A DNA stretch of 64,000 nt, taken from contig JABLTG010000013.1 of the NCBI GenBank assembly GCA_016618085.1, forward strand, positions 1-64,000, given 5' to 3'. The position numbers were made by a program, and so were the translations under genes. This stretch comes from Neovahlkampfia damariscottae. Lineage: Eukaryota. The notes beneath the pieces were generated by a model, which did no database searches, had not been told where the DNA came from, and saw nothing but the letters and a program-made list of their open reading frames with translations. Of this stretch, positions 26,124-41,459 are shown in pieces (positions within the stretch are counted from its first letter, which is position 1; each line of letters begins with the position of its first letter).

Positions 26124-26419
26124 ACTGGCCAGTTCAGTGAAAAAAAGATGTGAACTGATTGGTCAGATTTATTGACCAATCATTCCCATTTTAATCCGTT
26201 AAAGACTTGATCTGTATTTCAACGATTTCAATGTTTTTCAGTGGATTTTCTCAATTGTAGGTTTTTCATCACAATTTCCAATTTAGCCGAATTAGAAACT
26301 TGACCTTCCACCAATCATTTCTCAAAATTGTTGTGTTAAAAATTTCCAAAATTGATGAATCAAAACAAATTCATGTCAAATTGCCAAAATTAGAGAATTA
26401 AAGAAATCACCATTTTTAT

Positions 26420-28006
<1,587 letters not shown>

Positions 28007-28246
28007 TCTTTTTTTTTTGTTTGTTTCGAAATTTCTGATTGGCGAATTTTTCACTTTTTTTCAGCTGGTTGATTTCAATAAAAAAAAAATGAGATTTTTT
28101 TTGCAATTTAATTTTGAGTTTAAATTACAATTTTGATACATTAGGAAATCAACCAATTGAAATAGAATCAAAAATGAAGGAAATAATGGAGAAGCACAGA
28201 AATAATAACTGTGAGCTGAGACATGATCAAATACGTTTAACAATCA

Positions 28247-29097
28247 ATGAAATCCGTTCAGTACTTCCAATATATTATTAACACTTTAACTAAGAATTTA
28301 GAACTCAAATCAAAAGATCCTCAAAAAATAAAATTAAATATAGTCAAAGGAATGAGAGATGAAGAAAAATGTGAACACATATCAGATTTATTAAATGATG
28401 AACTTACAAAAGTACTTTTCTTCATTCAATTATTTACAGAACCAACACTGTTAAAAGCAGTTGTTGAAAAGGAACTTAAAATGAAATCTGATGAATTAAA
28501 AATAGTATTTTCTTGGTTTTAATTTTGACAAAATATCATTAGATTTTAAAAAAAATTCAACAAATTTATCCAAATCTTTGGAATGAATACACCACAAAAA
28601 TTTATTTAAATGAAAAATATGCTACAGTAAATCTTAATAAAAACTAAAATATTCAATCAAAGGTTGCTTTAAAATATGCTAAATCACAGAAAATAAATTC
28701 ATCAACAACACCAAAATCGACTTCCAATGAAAATACTGAATTTTTTATCCAAGATGAAATTATTGAAACATTCAGCGTGGTAAATGCACCAAAAAATAGT
28801 GTTCAATTAGATCAACTTGATGATTATAAATCACTTAAAGGTCAGATTCTCTTTTTTCAAAAAATCAATTTTGGTGACCATGAAGATTATAAATTATGTT
28901 GCAATGGAGAAACAGAAAAATTTTCAAATTATTTTTTTTTGGATCAGAACAATACTCGTTTGATTAAAAGTACACATCAACAAGAACCAATGTATATAAA
29001 AGGAAAAGTTATTAATATCAGAGAGATTGAAGGTGGATTGAGGTATAACTTGCAACAAGGAACAAAAATTGTTGTAATAAAATTAAAACCAATGTAA
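28247..29097 (+). CDS. Protein with ATG11/FIP200-claw-like C-terminus
   Basis: Two short introns. The C-terminus YFFLD...PMYIKGKV...RYNLQQGTKIVVIKL aligns by eye with the FIP200 claw (YFLH...PWVLGKV...RFKVPLGTKFYRVKA). Confidence 0.55.
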
Positions 29098-29469
29098 ATA
29101 CAATTTTTTTAGTTGATAGTTTATTCAATTATTATAGTTTCTTTCCGAACTTTCAAGATTTTTAACTTTTGAATTTTCAAAATCTGAAAGTGAAGAATCA
29201 TGGATTTAATTCTTTTGAATAAATGTTTGAAAGAAAACAGTTCTGTATGACAAATTTGAAACTAGTTTTCTTTATCAAAAAAATATTGCAATCTATTTTT
29301 TTTTCATTGATCTTTAAATTTTCATTCAACCTTTCTTTGATTTGTTTCATTTTTTATAATCCACATTTTTTTAACAAACACTTAATTCGTTATTCGTTGT
29401 AACTCATTTATTGGACAAAAATTAACCAATAAAAATAATTCTCTTCACTTTTTCATCAATTCCATTCAA

Positions 29470-32400
29470 ATGGTAAATTTACTCTTTTTTTAAAAAAACA
29501 AAAGTTGATAAAATACGAAGCAAGAAGTAAAAGAGTAAAAGGTGTTGCTTTCCATCCAAAAAGACCTTGGTTATTAACCAGTTTACATTCAGGACAAATT
29601 AATCTTTATGATTATCGAATGGGCACACTTTTAGAAGTTTTTGCAGAACATGAAGGTCCTGTTCGTGGAATACATTTCCATGAAACACAACCACTTTTTG
29701 TTTCAGGAGGTGATGATTACAAGGTGAAAGTTTGGAATTATAAATTAAAGAGATGTTTATTTACATTAACTGGACATTTAGATTATATTCGTACTGTTCA
29801 ATTTCATCCAGAACAAGTAAAAAAAAAAAAAAAAAAAAAATTAAATTTTGTTATAGCCTTGGATCATTTCAGCATCTGATGACAATACAGTTAGAGTTTG
29901 GAATTGGCAATCAAGACAATGTATGAGTATTTTAACAGGTCATAATCATTATGTCATGTCTGCTTTCTTTCATCCTCGTGAGGATTTAATTGTAACAGCT
30001 TCACTTGATCAAAGTGTTAGAGTTTGGGATTCTTCTGGATTAAAACAAAAAACTGTTGATGATTACACTAAAGTAGCACAATTAAATCAAGATTTATTCG
30101 GTTCAAATGATGTAATGGTTAAATTCATTTTAGAAGGACATGAAAGAGGTGTAAATTGGGCTTATTTTCATCCAACTTTACAACTTATTGTATCAGGAGC
30201 AGATGATAAAGTTGTTAAATTATGGAGATTTAATGATACTAGAGCATGGGAAATTGATAATTTACGTGGACATTCAAATAATGTTTCATGTGCTATTTTT
30301 CATAGTCAACAAGATTATGTTATTTCTAATTCAGAAGATAAATCAATTAGAGTTTGGGATTTCAACAAAAATACATTTCTTTATAGTTATAAAAGAGAAA
30401 ATGATAGATTTTGGGTTTTAAATTGTCATCCAAAACAAAATTTAGTTGCTGCAGGACATGATAATGGAGTTATAGTTTTTAAATTTGAAAGAGAAAGACC
30501 AGCATCATGTGTTTATAAAGGTGTTTTATATTATGTTAAAGATAAATATCTTAGACAATACAATTTTGATAAAAATATAGAAACAACTATTGGTATGATT
30601 AAAAAACAACCAATGAGACCAATTAGAAATTTATCATTTGTTGATGGTGTTTTATTAATTACAGTTGATAATGAATCACAAGATTCAAATGATTGGGAAT
30701 ACTTAAAAATTACAAATCCAAAATCAAGTGATGTTGATTATTGTTCACAACTTAAAAAAGGATCTGGTTATAATGCTGTATTCTCTGGTAGAAAAATGGT
30801 TTATCTTGATAAAAATAGAAATATTCAAGTTGAAAATACAAAAACAGGTCAATTTAAACAAGTTTCTCTTTCAATTCCTTCAATTGAATCAATATTCTCT
30901 GCTCATCCTGGTAGAATTTTAATCAAAACTGAAGAGAAAATTTATTTATATGATTTTGAACAATCTTCAATTATAGCTGAAATTACAGCACCTGGTACAA
31001 AATATGTTATTTGGTCAGAAGATATGTCAAGAATTGCATTTATGTCAAAACATAATATCGTTTTAACAACTGGAAAATTAGAAGAATTATGTTCTTTACA
31101 TGAAATTATTAGAATCAAATCAGGTGCATTTGATGAAAATGGAGTTTTAATTTATACTACATTGAATCATATGAAATATTGTTTAGAATTTGGTGATTCT
31201 GGTATAATCAAAACTATTGAAGATCCAATTTATCTTGTTAAAGTTAAATCAAATGGAATTTATTATTTAGATAGAGAAGGAAATTGTAATTTGACTTATA
31301 TTGATGCAACTGAATATCGTTTTAAATTGGCATTAAGTCAAGGTAAAACAAGACAAGTTAAAGAAATTATGAGTAAATCAACTATACTTGGAGATTCAAT
31401 AATTTCATATCTTCAAAAAAAAGGATATCCTCAAGTTGCATTTAAATTTGTTCAAGATGATTTAACAAAATTTAAATTAGCAATTGAATGTGGAAATATT
31501 AAATCAGCATTATCTATTGCTCATAAATTAAAAAATAATGATTGTTGGGATTTATTAGCTCAAGAAGCATTAGAACAAGGTGATTATGAAATTGTTGAAA
31601 AAGCATATCAAAGAACAAATTCATATGATAAATTATCATTTCTTTATTTGATTAATGGAAATATGAAAGATTTACAAATGATGTCAAAAATAGCAAATAT
31701 GAGAAAAGATAATATGTCAAGATTTCATAATGCTTTGTTATTAGGTGATGTTGAATCACGTGTTCAAGTTTTAGAAGATTCAGGTCAAATTCAATTGGCT
31801 TATGTTACTGCAAAGACACATGGTTTAGAAGATAAATTAAAACATTTAGAAACACTTTTAGGTGAAGATAATATACCAAAAAATATTCCAGAAAAATCAA
31901 CTTTAATTCTTCCTCCAACACCAGTTTATAAATTAAATTCTAATTTCAATTGGCCATTACTTACAAAACAAGAACAAATTAATTATGATGATGATGATGA
32001 TGAAATTGTTGATTCAGTTGGTGATTCTGGTAATCTTGATGATATTTCATTAGGTTCAGGATGGACTGATGGAATTCAACTTGGAAATAAAGATGAAGAT
32101 GATAAAAAACAAGAAGAAGAAAAAGAAGAAGAAATTGATGATGAATTAGGTGAATTAGGTGGTGGAGCTTGGGGAGGTGGTTTATCAGATATTGGAATTG
32201 ATATGAGTGAAATGAATATGCCAACTGGAAATTCAGAATTTGAAGAAATTCCAACTATTGGAAAATCAATTGAAGAATGTTGGATTGAAAATTCTGATTT
32301 AGCAGTTGATCATATTGCAGCTGGATCATTTAGAACAGCAATGGATATTTTATCAAAACAATGTGGAATTATTAATTTTACTCCTTTAAAAAGTTTATTT

Positions 32401-33189
32401 TTGACAATTTATTCAGGATCTAAATTATATTTACCAACAAATCCAATTACAACATCAGTTGCTTATTCACTTCAATTAAATCAAACAGATGATATTGAAG
32501 AAACAAGAGAAAAAACTTTACCTGTTGTTTCAACACCATCAGTTGATGAATTAAAACAATTATTAAAACCTGCATTTAAAGAGGTTACAGATGGGAAATT
32601 CTCAGATGCAAAAGATAGTTTCACAAAAATTTTACATACCATTTTATTTGTTGTTGTCAGAAATAGAAAAGAAGAAAAAGAAGTTAAAGAGATTTTAAAA
32701 CAATGTATGGAGTATATTGTTGCTTTAAGAATGGAAACTATTAGAAAAGAAACAAAAGATACAAAGAAAGGATTAGAATTATCTGCTTATTTTACACATG
32801 CAAAACTTAGTCAAATTCATTTAATGTTGAGTTTAGTTTCAACTATGACAGTTCATTATAAAGCAGAAAATTTTTCAACTGCTGCTGGATTCGCAAAAAG
32901 ATTGAAAAAACTTTCACCTCCTGCAAAATTAGAACAACAAGCAAATTTTGTTTTACAAGCTGCAACTAAAAATTCAACAAACAAATTTGATGATTTGAAT
33001 TATGAACCTAAAAATCCATTTGTTATTTGTTCAGCAAGTTTGACTCCAATTTATGCTGGAAGTGAATCAATTAATTGCTCATATTGTTTTGCACCATACT
33101 TGAAGGAATATGATGGAAATTTATGTCCAGTTTGCAATTTAGGTGCCATTGGAAAATCAAGTTCTGGATTGAACAATTTGAGAAATTAA
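29470..33189 (+). CDS. COPA: Coatomer subunit alpha
   Basis: ATG-only first coding exon; [17 protein letters not shown]40 repeats, DHIAAGSF, C-terminal NPFVIC...CxxC...CxxC. Confidence 0.97.
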
Positions 33190-33203
33190 AATTTTTATTA
33201 TTT

Positions 33204-35614
33204 TTAAAATTCATCCCAATTGAAATCATTTTTTGATTTTTTATCATCATCAAAATCAAAATCCCAATCATTTGATTTCTTTTCATTTTTTGGTTTATTT
33301 TTTTCATCATTAGAAAATAAATCATTGAAATCAACTTCATTTGTTGGTTTTTTTGAAGTCAATTTTGTATTTACTTTTCTTGCTGGTTTTTTATTCAATT
33401 CTTTATTGATGCTTGAATCAAAAATATCATTAATGTCTTTCTTTTTTTCTGTTTTCTTTGTAGCTGTTTTTAAAGCAGGTTTCTTTTTTTCTTGCATTTG
33501 TGTGAAAATCTCATCTTCCCAAGTATCATTATCTTCTAAATTATCCCAATTATTATCAGGAGCAACTTTTTTTCCATGAGAACTTTTCGGTTTTGGACTA
33601 GTCTTCTTCTCCTCAATATTTGGAAATGATTGTTTTTTTACGATTGATTTTTGTTTAGGAATTTCTTCTTTCAATTTTGGATGTACATAAGAAGATGAAT
33701 TATTTTCTACTGGTTTAGTTGCTGTCTGAGGTGTTGGAGTATCTGTTTTCTTTCCTATTGATGTAACTGAATTAATGGCCCATGATAAATAACCAGAAGA
33801 ATCATTTGATTCTTCTTTAACTTTTGGAGTCCATGAATCTTCTGAAACAATTGGTGAAATCTCTCGTAAGATGGTATACATACAATCCAAAGCAGCTTCT
33901 CGAACTTGTTTATCTGTGTCGATTGTCATTGGAGACACCATTGTCAATATTTTACCACCTTTATCTGTCACAGAAAAATATTGCTTTGTTGCAACGATTG
34001 CTTTTAAAACAGACAATCTGGAATGAACAAAAGGATCTTTTAAACTTCTACTGAATACGTTGATGATCCATTCACTTCTAATCTTCTCAGAAAATGAAGG
34101 AACTAATCTACCAAATGCAATGATCGTATTTGTACGAATTCCTGGTTCTGGATCAGTTTGAAGTTTCCACATGTACTTAATAACTTCATTTGAAACTATT
34201 TCTTCATTTAACTTTGGTACAATATCAATCATACTTTTAACAGTTTCTTCTCTAATTTGTGAAACAGGATCAACAAATCCTTTTGAAATTGGTGGATAAA
34301 TTTTTGATTGAATGATTGTATTATCAATGAAAGGTATAATTGATTTTAAATTCTTCAATAAATTCAATCTAATATATTTATCATTACTTGAAAACAAGTC
34401 AATGATTTCTGGAATGAAAATCTCTTTGTATTCAACTTCATCAAACATTTTACTAATTTCAAAGACTGGAATAATAGCTTGTGATTTTTGTTCAAATTTT
34501 AATGCTTTCAAAAGAAATGGTAAGATTCTGTATTTACAATTTGCTTTTGGAAAATCATTTAAATTATGAACAAGATCATCCATAAATGAAGTGACTTCAT
34601 TGGTGTCTTTTAACGAAACATTTTCTAAAAACAATTGTGTTTCAATGAATGGTGATTCAAAATATTTTGATGATAAAATTTTTGATAGTGTAATTCTTGA
34701 TTCTGGTGATTTATTCAACAATCTCTTGTAAACACTTTGTAATTTCTAATTTAATCAGTTAAATATTTCATTTATTTACATTTGGTATTTTATTGGCTTG
34801 GATAAGTTGATTTGATCTTTCAAAATCTTCTCTTTGAAATATTTGATAACATAAACACCCAATACCCCATGAATCAATACCAAATGGCATTTCTTCAACT
34901 GCTTCCCATTGTTGTGCTGCAAATTCTGGTGCTTTCATTTTTGTTGGAATGAAATTAGAAAATCTCTTAATATTAAATTCATAATGATTTGTATTTGAAG
35001 GTGGTATTTGTGTAAGAAATCCTAAATTACCTAATTTCCAATCACCTGCTTCATTTACAAAAATGGAATCTATAGAAACAAAACCATGATATAAATTATT
35101 CGAATGAAGAAAAGATAACCCAGACTATTGTTAAAAATAAGGTTTTTTTTTTACAATGATTTGATATAAGCCGAATTGTATTGATTGTTGATGGCCTGAT
35201 TCAAGTAACGTTTTTTCAAGTGAGTCATATAAAGGTAAGACATATTCTGTGACTATAAATATATGATCATCTACATTCTCTGAAGAACTAGATTCAAAAA
35301 TTACGTGTTTTTTTTTTGTTTTACTCTAAAAAATTTAAAATCGTTGGGTGACGAATAGTTTTTAGTTTTTTTGAAGTTGTTTGTGCTAAGAGTACTTCTT
35401 CATGTGATTTATTTTTAGTTAAGAATTTGAAAATGGTGACTTTTTTGTTAGTTGTTTTATGTTTTCCTTCAAAAAGATCAAAAATGGAAGATTTTGCATA
35501 AGGTGTTTCAGAAATGATATAATTGAACTATTTTACAAATTAGTCATTTATGGTTATTACTGTTCCTGATGTTGGTCCAACGACGTATGATTTCAGTGAT
35601 TCAAAGAAATTCAT
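33204..35614 (-). CDS. SCYL1: SCY1-like pseudokinase with HEAT repeats (SCYL1/Cex1 family)
   Basis: LKTIRHP, SIFVNEAGDWKLG, IDSWGIG, DPEPGIRTNT, LKDPFVHSR, acidic DWD tail. Confidence 0.88.
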
Positions 35615-35758
35615 TACCTTTTCTCTTCAATTATGTTAGTTTTTTTGTCCAATGAAAAGGAGAAAAGAAATTGATAAAATTTTAATTAGAAAAATTTAAA
35701 TATTTTTGAATGAAAAAAAAAACGGATAAATCTGTTCAATCAAAGTGGACCAATAATA

Positions 35759-36292
35759 ATGGGTCAAACTTTAAAGAGTTGGTTTTTACAAGTTTTCTCC
35801 ATTAAAGTTTCTCCTTCACGTATCATCATGGTAGGACTAGATAACGCTGGAAAAACAACAATTTTGTACAATATAAATGGAGAATCAAGACCAACAATTC
35901 CAACTCTTGGTTTTAATGTTGAAACTCTTAAAATCAACAATATAACACTGACCATTTGGGATTTAGGAGGACAAGAAAGTGTAAGAAGATTATGGAAACA
36001 TTACTATTTGGCTACAAAAGCAGTAATTTTTGTTGTTGATTCAACAGATCAAGAAAGAATGGAAGAAACTGCAAAAGAACTTCATTATGTTTTAGAAAGT
36101 AGTGAATTAAAAAACGCTACTGTTTTAATTTTTGCAAATAAAAATGATGTAAAAGATTCTCTTGGTGTTGATGAAATATCAAAATTACTTGAACTTGAAT
36201 CTATAAAACAAAAATGGAAAATTCAGTCTTCTTGTGGACTAACAGGTGATGGTATAAAAGAGGGTTTAAAATGGATGTCAAATCAGTTGTGA
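35759..36292 (+). CDS. ADP-ribosylation factor family GTPase
   Basis: MG start; [28 protein letters not shown]. Confidence 0.93.
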   Translation: MGQTLKSWFLQVFSIKVSPSRIIMVGLDNAGKTTILYNINGESRPTIPTLGFNVETLKINNITLTIWDLGGQESVRRLWKHYYLATKAVIFVVDSTDQERMEETAKELHYVLESSELKNATVLIFANKNDVKDSLGVDEISKLLELESIKQKWKIQSSCGLTGDGIKEGLKWMSNQL

Positions 36293-37176
36293 AAAAGTTT
36301 TGTATGGTGTTTTTTTTTTCTTTTTTTTGTTATTCAAATAAATTTTGTTGTGCTGAATCAAAACTCGGAGAAAAATAGAAGAATTAAAGTGAAAATTTTA
36401 TCAAAATACAGGAGTTCAATTACGAAATTTTTTTTTTGAACCAAGAAATCACCAATGATTGAACAAATTTTGGCTTCAATCAGAAATGTTATTGAATGAA
36501 AATAGAAGAAATCTCTTCTTCGCTTTGAGTTTAGAATAAAATAAATTTATTGAATTAATTCTGGATTCATTGAATGATCATTTGAAATACTTGAAACTTC
36601 TTTACATTTTTTGGATTTGAAAGTTTCCAAATCTTTTTCAAATTGTTCTCTTTCTATTTGATTTTTCACATTTTCTAAATAAGATACATCTCTTGCTTCA
36701 TGATTCCAAAAAGTATCCAAATCTGAAGCACCAAGATCTTCAATCTCCTCTGTGATTGAAGTTTTAACGAAATTTACAATTGGGTCAACTTTTTCTTGAA
36801 TTTTATTTCCTGCATTACAAAAGGTATCTGAGATTTTTCCTGTGTTTCTTTGATCAAGAATTCTGCTTTGATTATCATTGTTTCATTTTCAAACCGTTTA
36901 TCGACAACTTCTCTTGATTGATGATACATCAAGGGATCTTCTTTATGATCCATTTGACATCAGTTTCATAAGATACTCTGATTTCAATTTCCTTTTTTCG
37001 AGTACGTATTGTTCTTGAATTGTTCATCAGTTTGTTCCGTTGTACTCATTTTGTTGTTGCAATCAAATGGAATGTTCTTCTTTTATAGATGGTACTCGGT
37101 TGTCCAACCAATAAAAAAAACACCCAAAACAAATCAATTGGACGAATAGCCGATTTGGGAGAAAGCAAAAAATATA

Positions 37177-37261
37177 TCTCCGGAGCAGGAATCGAACCAG
37201 CGACAATTCGATGTCTATGAAACACTACAGTCGAATGCTCTACCAACTGAGCTATCCAGAG
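37177..37261 (-). tRNA. tRNA-Tyr(GTA) with 12-nt intron
   Basis: CTCTGGA/TCCGGAG acceptor stem, TAGCTCAGTTGGTAGAGC D-arm, TTCGA-CT-GTA-G[tgtttcatagac]A-TCGAA anticodon arm, GGTTCGATTCC T-arm. Confidence 0.95.
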
Positions 37262-37699
37262 CTACTTGTTTTATAGATGAAATTCAAGAATAATCTTTAT
37301 ATAGTTGTTGCTAGTATTATTCATGCATCTTCACCAATTATATATTTCTCAAGATTGTGGAATCAAATTATGACAAAAAATATATAAACTCACAATATGA
37401 ACGTTAGTTGGGGATATAAATCTCTCTGCAATTGTTTTGTTTTTGTCCTCACAAATTTTTGAAAATTTTTAGAGTCTTGAGGATTTCTTGAGGAGAGGGT
37501 TCAATAGTTGAAAAACTTGGATTAAAATCATCCAAAACATTTCTTTTCTTGTTTTAATTCCTTTGACTTCCTTTTTGTCGTTTTCAAGAATTGTGAAGGA
37601 GTTGCCACTTGAATTTTAGTAATTTATGTGTTTACAATCAATAAGTTATCCAACAAGGAGTTGCTGACAATAAAAACAATTTGTTTGATCAAAGAAAAT

Positions 37700-38160
37700 T
37701 TATTTAACTTTACAATCATAATTACTTTCTATATATTTCATCAATTTAATTCTTGGAGATACATCCTTAACAAACTTTTCAAAATCATTTTTGGTAAGAT
37801 ATTGCAAATCATCTAATTCAAGATTAGCGGCTTCAAATTTTTGTGCAAATGCATCATTAATTTCCAATTCAGAAAGGAATTTTTTCCAACTAAATTTTTC
37901 TTCTTTTTCTATCTTTGATTGATTTTCATGAAGCATTTGTCTGTATTTATCATTTAATTTGAATTTATAACTTGGAAATTGTTGTTTACCAAGAAGATTT
38001 ATTATAACTATAATTTCAAAATCACCTCTTCATTGAGTTTATGCCATTCACTAGTGAACAAGTTGTTTTTGGCATATAATCTAATTCTCCAAATGATATT
38101 TTTTGTGGTTGTAAAAAGAAATATGCTGTCTTCCTCAATTTTTACATTCCAAGGAGTACC
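37700..38160 (-). pseudogene. Disrupted gene fragment ending in a SAM-like domain
   Basis: WKKFLSELEINDAFAQKFEAANLELDDLQYLTKNDFEKFVKDVSPRIKLMKYI. Upstream frames are broken. Confidence 0.5.
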
Positions 38161-38166
38161 ATAAAA

Positions 38167-41100
38167 TGTTACTCTCTGAAATAGATAGTTTACTTTAGGT
38201 CGTGTAATCACTAAATATGAATATTTGAATAGACTAATTCAGATGTGTTTATCTCTGTTTAATACAACTTTGTTCCGCATTGTAACATTCCCCAATTTGT
38301 TAAATTAAAGCAACTATTGTTGTCCTTCCAAAGAGGAAGAAGAGTTATTTGACTATTTCTTCTTTTCTTGATTTTTGTTTTCCATTGACTTTTTTCTTTT
38401 GGATCTTTTTCATCATTTGAATCTTGATCTTGATCTAAAAGTGTTTCTTCTTCATGTTTAGAATCTTGATTTTTGATTGGCTCATTTTTGAATATTTCTT
38501 CTTCATCATCTGTATCATGTTGATCTTGGTAATTTTGTTCTTTTTGAAAAGTTGTAATAGTTTTAGTACTTGGAACAGTAAAAACATAATCTGTTTTTAC
38601 AAAACGTGTGAAGTTGTCAGCATCTTCTATTTCAATTGTGTTTGAAGGTTTGTCAATTGATTTAATTTTAAAAGGTCCTAAATAGTGCTTTTGAAATTTG
38701 TTTGCAAAAATATCTTTAACCATAACAGTATCATTTTCTTTTAATTTTGTATTAAAATATTTTCTGGCAAGTTGGTTTTTGTTTTTGGTTCTATTATCAA
38801 TTTTCATTTCTACTAAAGCTGGAATGATGGGTTGACGGATTAATTTGTTTCTTGCAAGTATAATTTTATATTATTCTTCTAATTCACTTTTAGAAAGTTT
38901 ATCTACTGATTTCACTTCTTTGTTTTGATTATAAAAGTTGAAATTTTTTTTTGATGTTGAAAGGAGTTGAGTTAAATTCACTTGAACTGCTGTTGTTTAA
39001 ATCAATCATAATTAAAGTAAGTATATCTGGAGTCATGTGCATACGGTACTGGAATGACCTCATCGATGTCCCAAATTTGTTATAATGAGTCAATAATGGT
39101 GTTGATAAATTCTCCTCCATTATTAGATGTTAAACAAGTTGGAACACCTTCCAGGGCCATAATCCAAAGTAAGGATGTTGTTACTTCTAACGTATCTTTG
39201 TTTTTTAAATGGATTAAAATGCAAAAGCGAGTAAAGTCATCTAAAATATTGAGTACATATTGGTAACCTGAATATGAAGTTGGCATTGACATGATATCTA
39301 AGTGTCATAATGAATTTGGAAATAGTTCATTTGGGTCTTTAAAGGTAAAGAAAAACGATGATTTTCTAATGTTATTTGAGCAGCAAATGTCACAATCTTT
39401 TAAGTATTCTTGACAGCGATTTTTCATGTTTGGGAATTTGGCGTTGTAAACATATTTGAGCATTGATAACATTGTATTAACTCCACCATGGGTAAGTATT
39501 TTCTTTTTTAGATACTGGAATTACATTGATGATGTTGTAATTCGTGAAAATTTCTTGGATCCATTGGGTAAGTATTCTGTTATTCTTATTTCTATTAATA
39601 TTATTTTCTAGGAGAACAATAGTTTTAGCATCTAATACAAGGTTAAATGATCTTCCATGAAAGTAAAAATCATATTTTTTTAAAGCATTTTTAGCAGAGA
39701 AGAGTTCTTTTTTAAAGATTGGTCAGTTTAGTTGAGTTGAAGAGAATTTGAATAATGTGTAAGCAATGGTAATGATTGAACCATCATCTAATCTTTGTGT
39801 AAGTACTGCTCCACCTGTTGATTCTGATGCATCTGAATGAATGGTAAATACTTTGCTCCAATCTGGAAAGGTAAGTTCTAATTTCTTTTCAATTTTTTCA
39901 CAGATTTTGATATAACTACTTTCCATCTTGTGATTCCATTTGAACTTTCTGAATTTAGCAGCATCATGAATGGTAAAAGATCTTCAACTAAATGAGGTAA
40001 AGAGTTTCCAAAGTATTGAGTTAATCCTATTAGGGCCTGTAACTTTGTAAGTGATGTTGGTGTTGTCCATTGTCTCATTCCAGAGATTTTATTTGTGTCA
40101 ATGAGTAATTTTAATCTTCCATCTTGGTAAACGATCATGGTTCCAAGAATGATTGATGATGTTGCATAAAAGCTAATTTTTGATTCTGATAGTTTGATTT
40201 TATTTTTGTTACAAACTTCAAGTAAAGCAATTCCTTTTTTTAATGCATCTTCATTGCTTGAAATTAAAAAATGATATCATTCATGTAGTTAATCATTTTG
40301 CATGTTTGGATTTTGACTTAAAATGGTATTGAGGTTTGTTTGATAATGCATTGGCATTCCACTGATTCCGTACACAGATCTTCCATCTGAAACTTCTATT
40401 TCCTATTGAAACGTCAAAATATTTTCTATTTTCTTCTGATAAAGCTGTGAGGTAAAAAGCATCTTTGCAATCCATTTTTCCAAATGCAATGGATTGATCA
40501 TCATCTATGAATAATAGTGTTAAAGTAATTGAAGGAAATTCTGTTCCTTGATTAAATAAAATTTTTGATAAATGTGAGTAGTCAATTGCTAAAATTGTCT
40601 TTCCTTTTGAATTTGTTGTCACAACGAAACTTGAGTTGAATTTGATTTCATCTGTGTCATCTTCTTGGAGAATATCTCTCAATACTCCTGCTTCAATGTA
40701 TTTGTGACAGAACTTTTCAATTTGTTCCATATCGAATCTTGGTTTCTTGTAGTTTTTGATGTAATGCTTGCTGAGTTCTTCTTTTGGAATTCCTGGTTTC
40801 AATGATACTGAATATGGTCTAAATTTACTGATAGTACCAATTTGAAAGCTTCTATTTTCTTTTAAGAGTTTCTGAATTTTTAGATTTTCACGAATTTTTT
40901 TATCTGATTCAAGTTGTTCTAATTGGTTAATTTCTTCTTTTTCGTCTTGTTCTGTTTCGAGGTACTTTTCAAGATTAACGTTAAAACCTCTTTAATATGT
41001 AGGTGATTTCTTTGATTTGAATAAATCTCTTAGGATTTTTGATTCTTGAAAATTTTCGTTGGAATGAACATCAACAGTTTTATCAAGAATTGATTTGTTT

Positions 41101-41455
41101 GATTTGAAGTGGTTTCTAAGTGTTTTTCCATCTTAATTTTGGCTTGAGCAAGTTTGATCATTGCTTTTTCTAAATCTGTTTTTGTAAGTTGATAACCAAT
41201 TCTTCTTGTTTAAGTATTGGACTGATGTTTGGTTCTGGTAAGAATTTTGATTGTTGCAAGTGTTTCGTAGCAGCTTCTGTTTTGGTTCCTAAGTAGTCCA
41301 TTCTTAAAACTACAAGCGTTTGTTTAATTGCAAGAATCACAGCAATATCTTGGTCTTTAAAATTTAAAACTTTGAGTTGTTTGACAAGACCTTTAGCTGG
41401 ATGATCATAGATTTCTCTAAATTTCTCTGGATTGACAAGTTGAGATTTAAAAGAA
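38167..41455 (-). mobile_element. Degenerate Ty3/Gypsy LTR retrotransposon (RT-RNaseH-integrase) with putative 3' LTR 38167-38287
   Basis: KMDCKDAFY, YMND (from YxDD), HSDASESTGGAVLTQ, HGG..CxxC, ILDDFTRF, GPFKI; many stops and frameshifts. Purine tract GGGGAA followed by TGTTAC...GTAACA. Confidence 0.85.
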
Positions 41456-41459
41456 GGAA

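Noticed and set aside
36545..37050. Minus-strand coding-like stretch next to the tRNA
   Set aside because: No consistent start or splice model and no recognisable family; probably a decayed gene.
37046..37246. 66-aa ORF
   Set aside because: Translation of the tRNA-Tyr gene.
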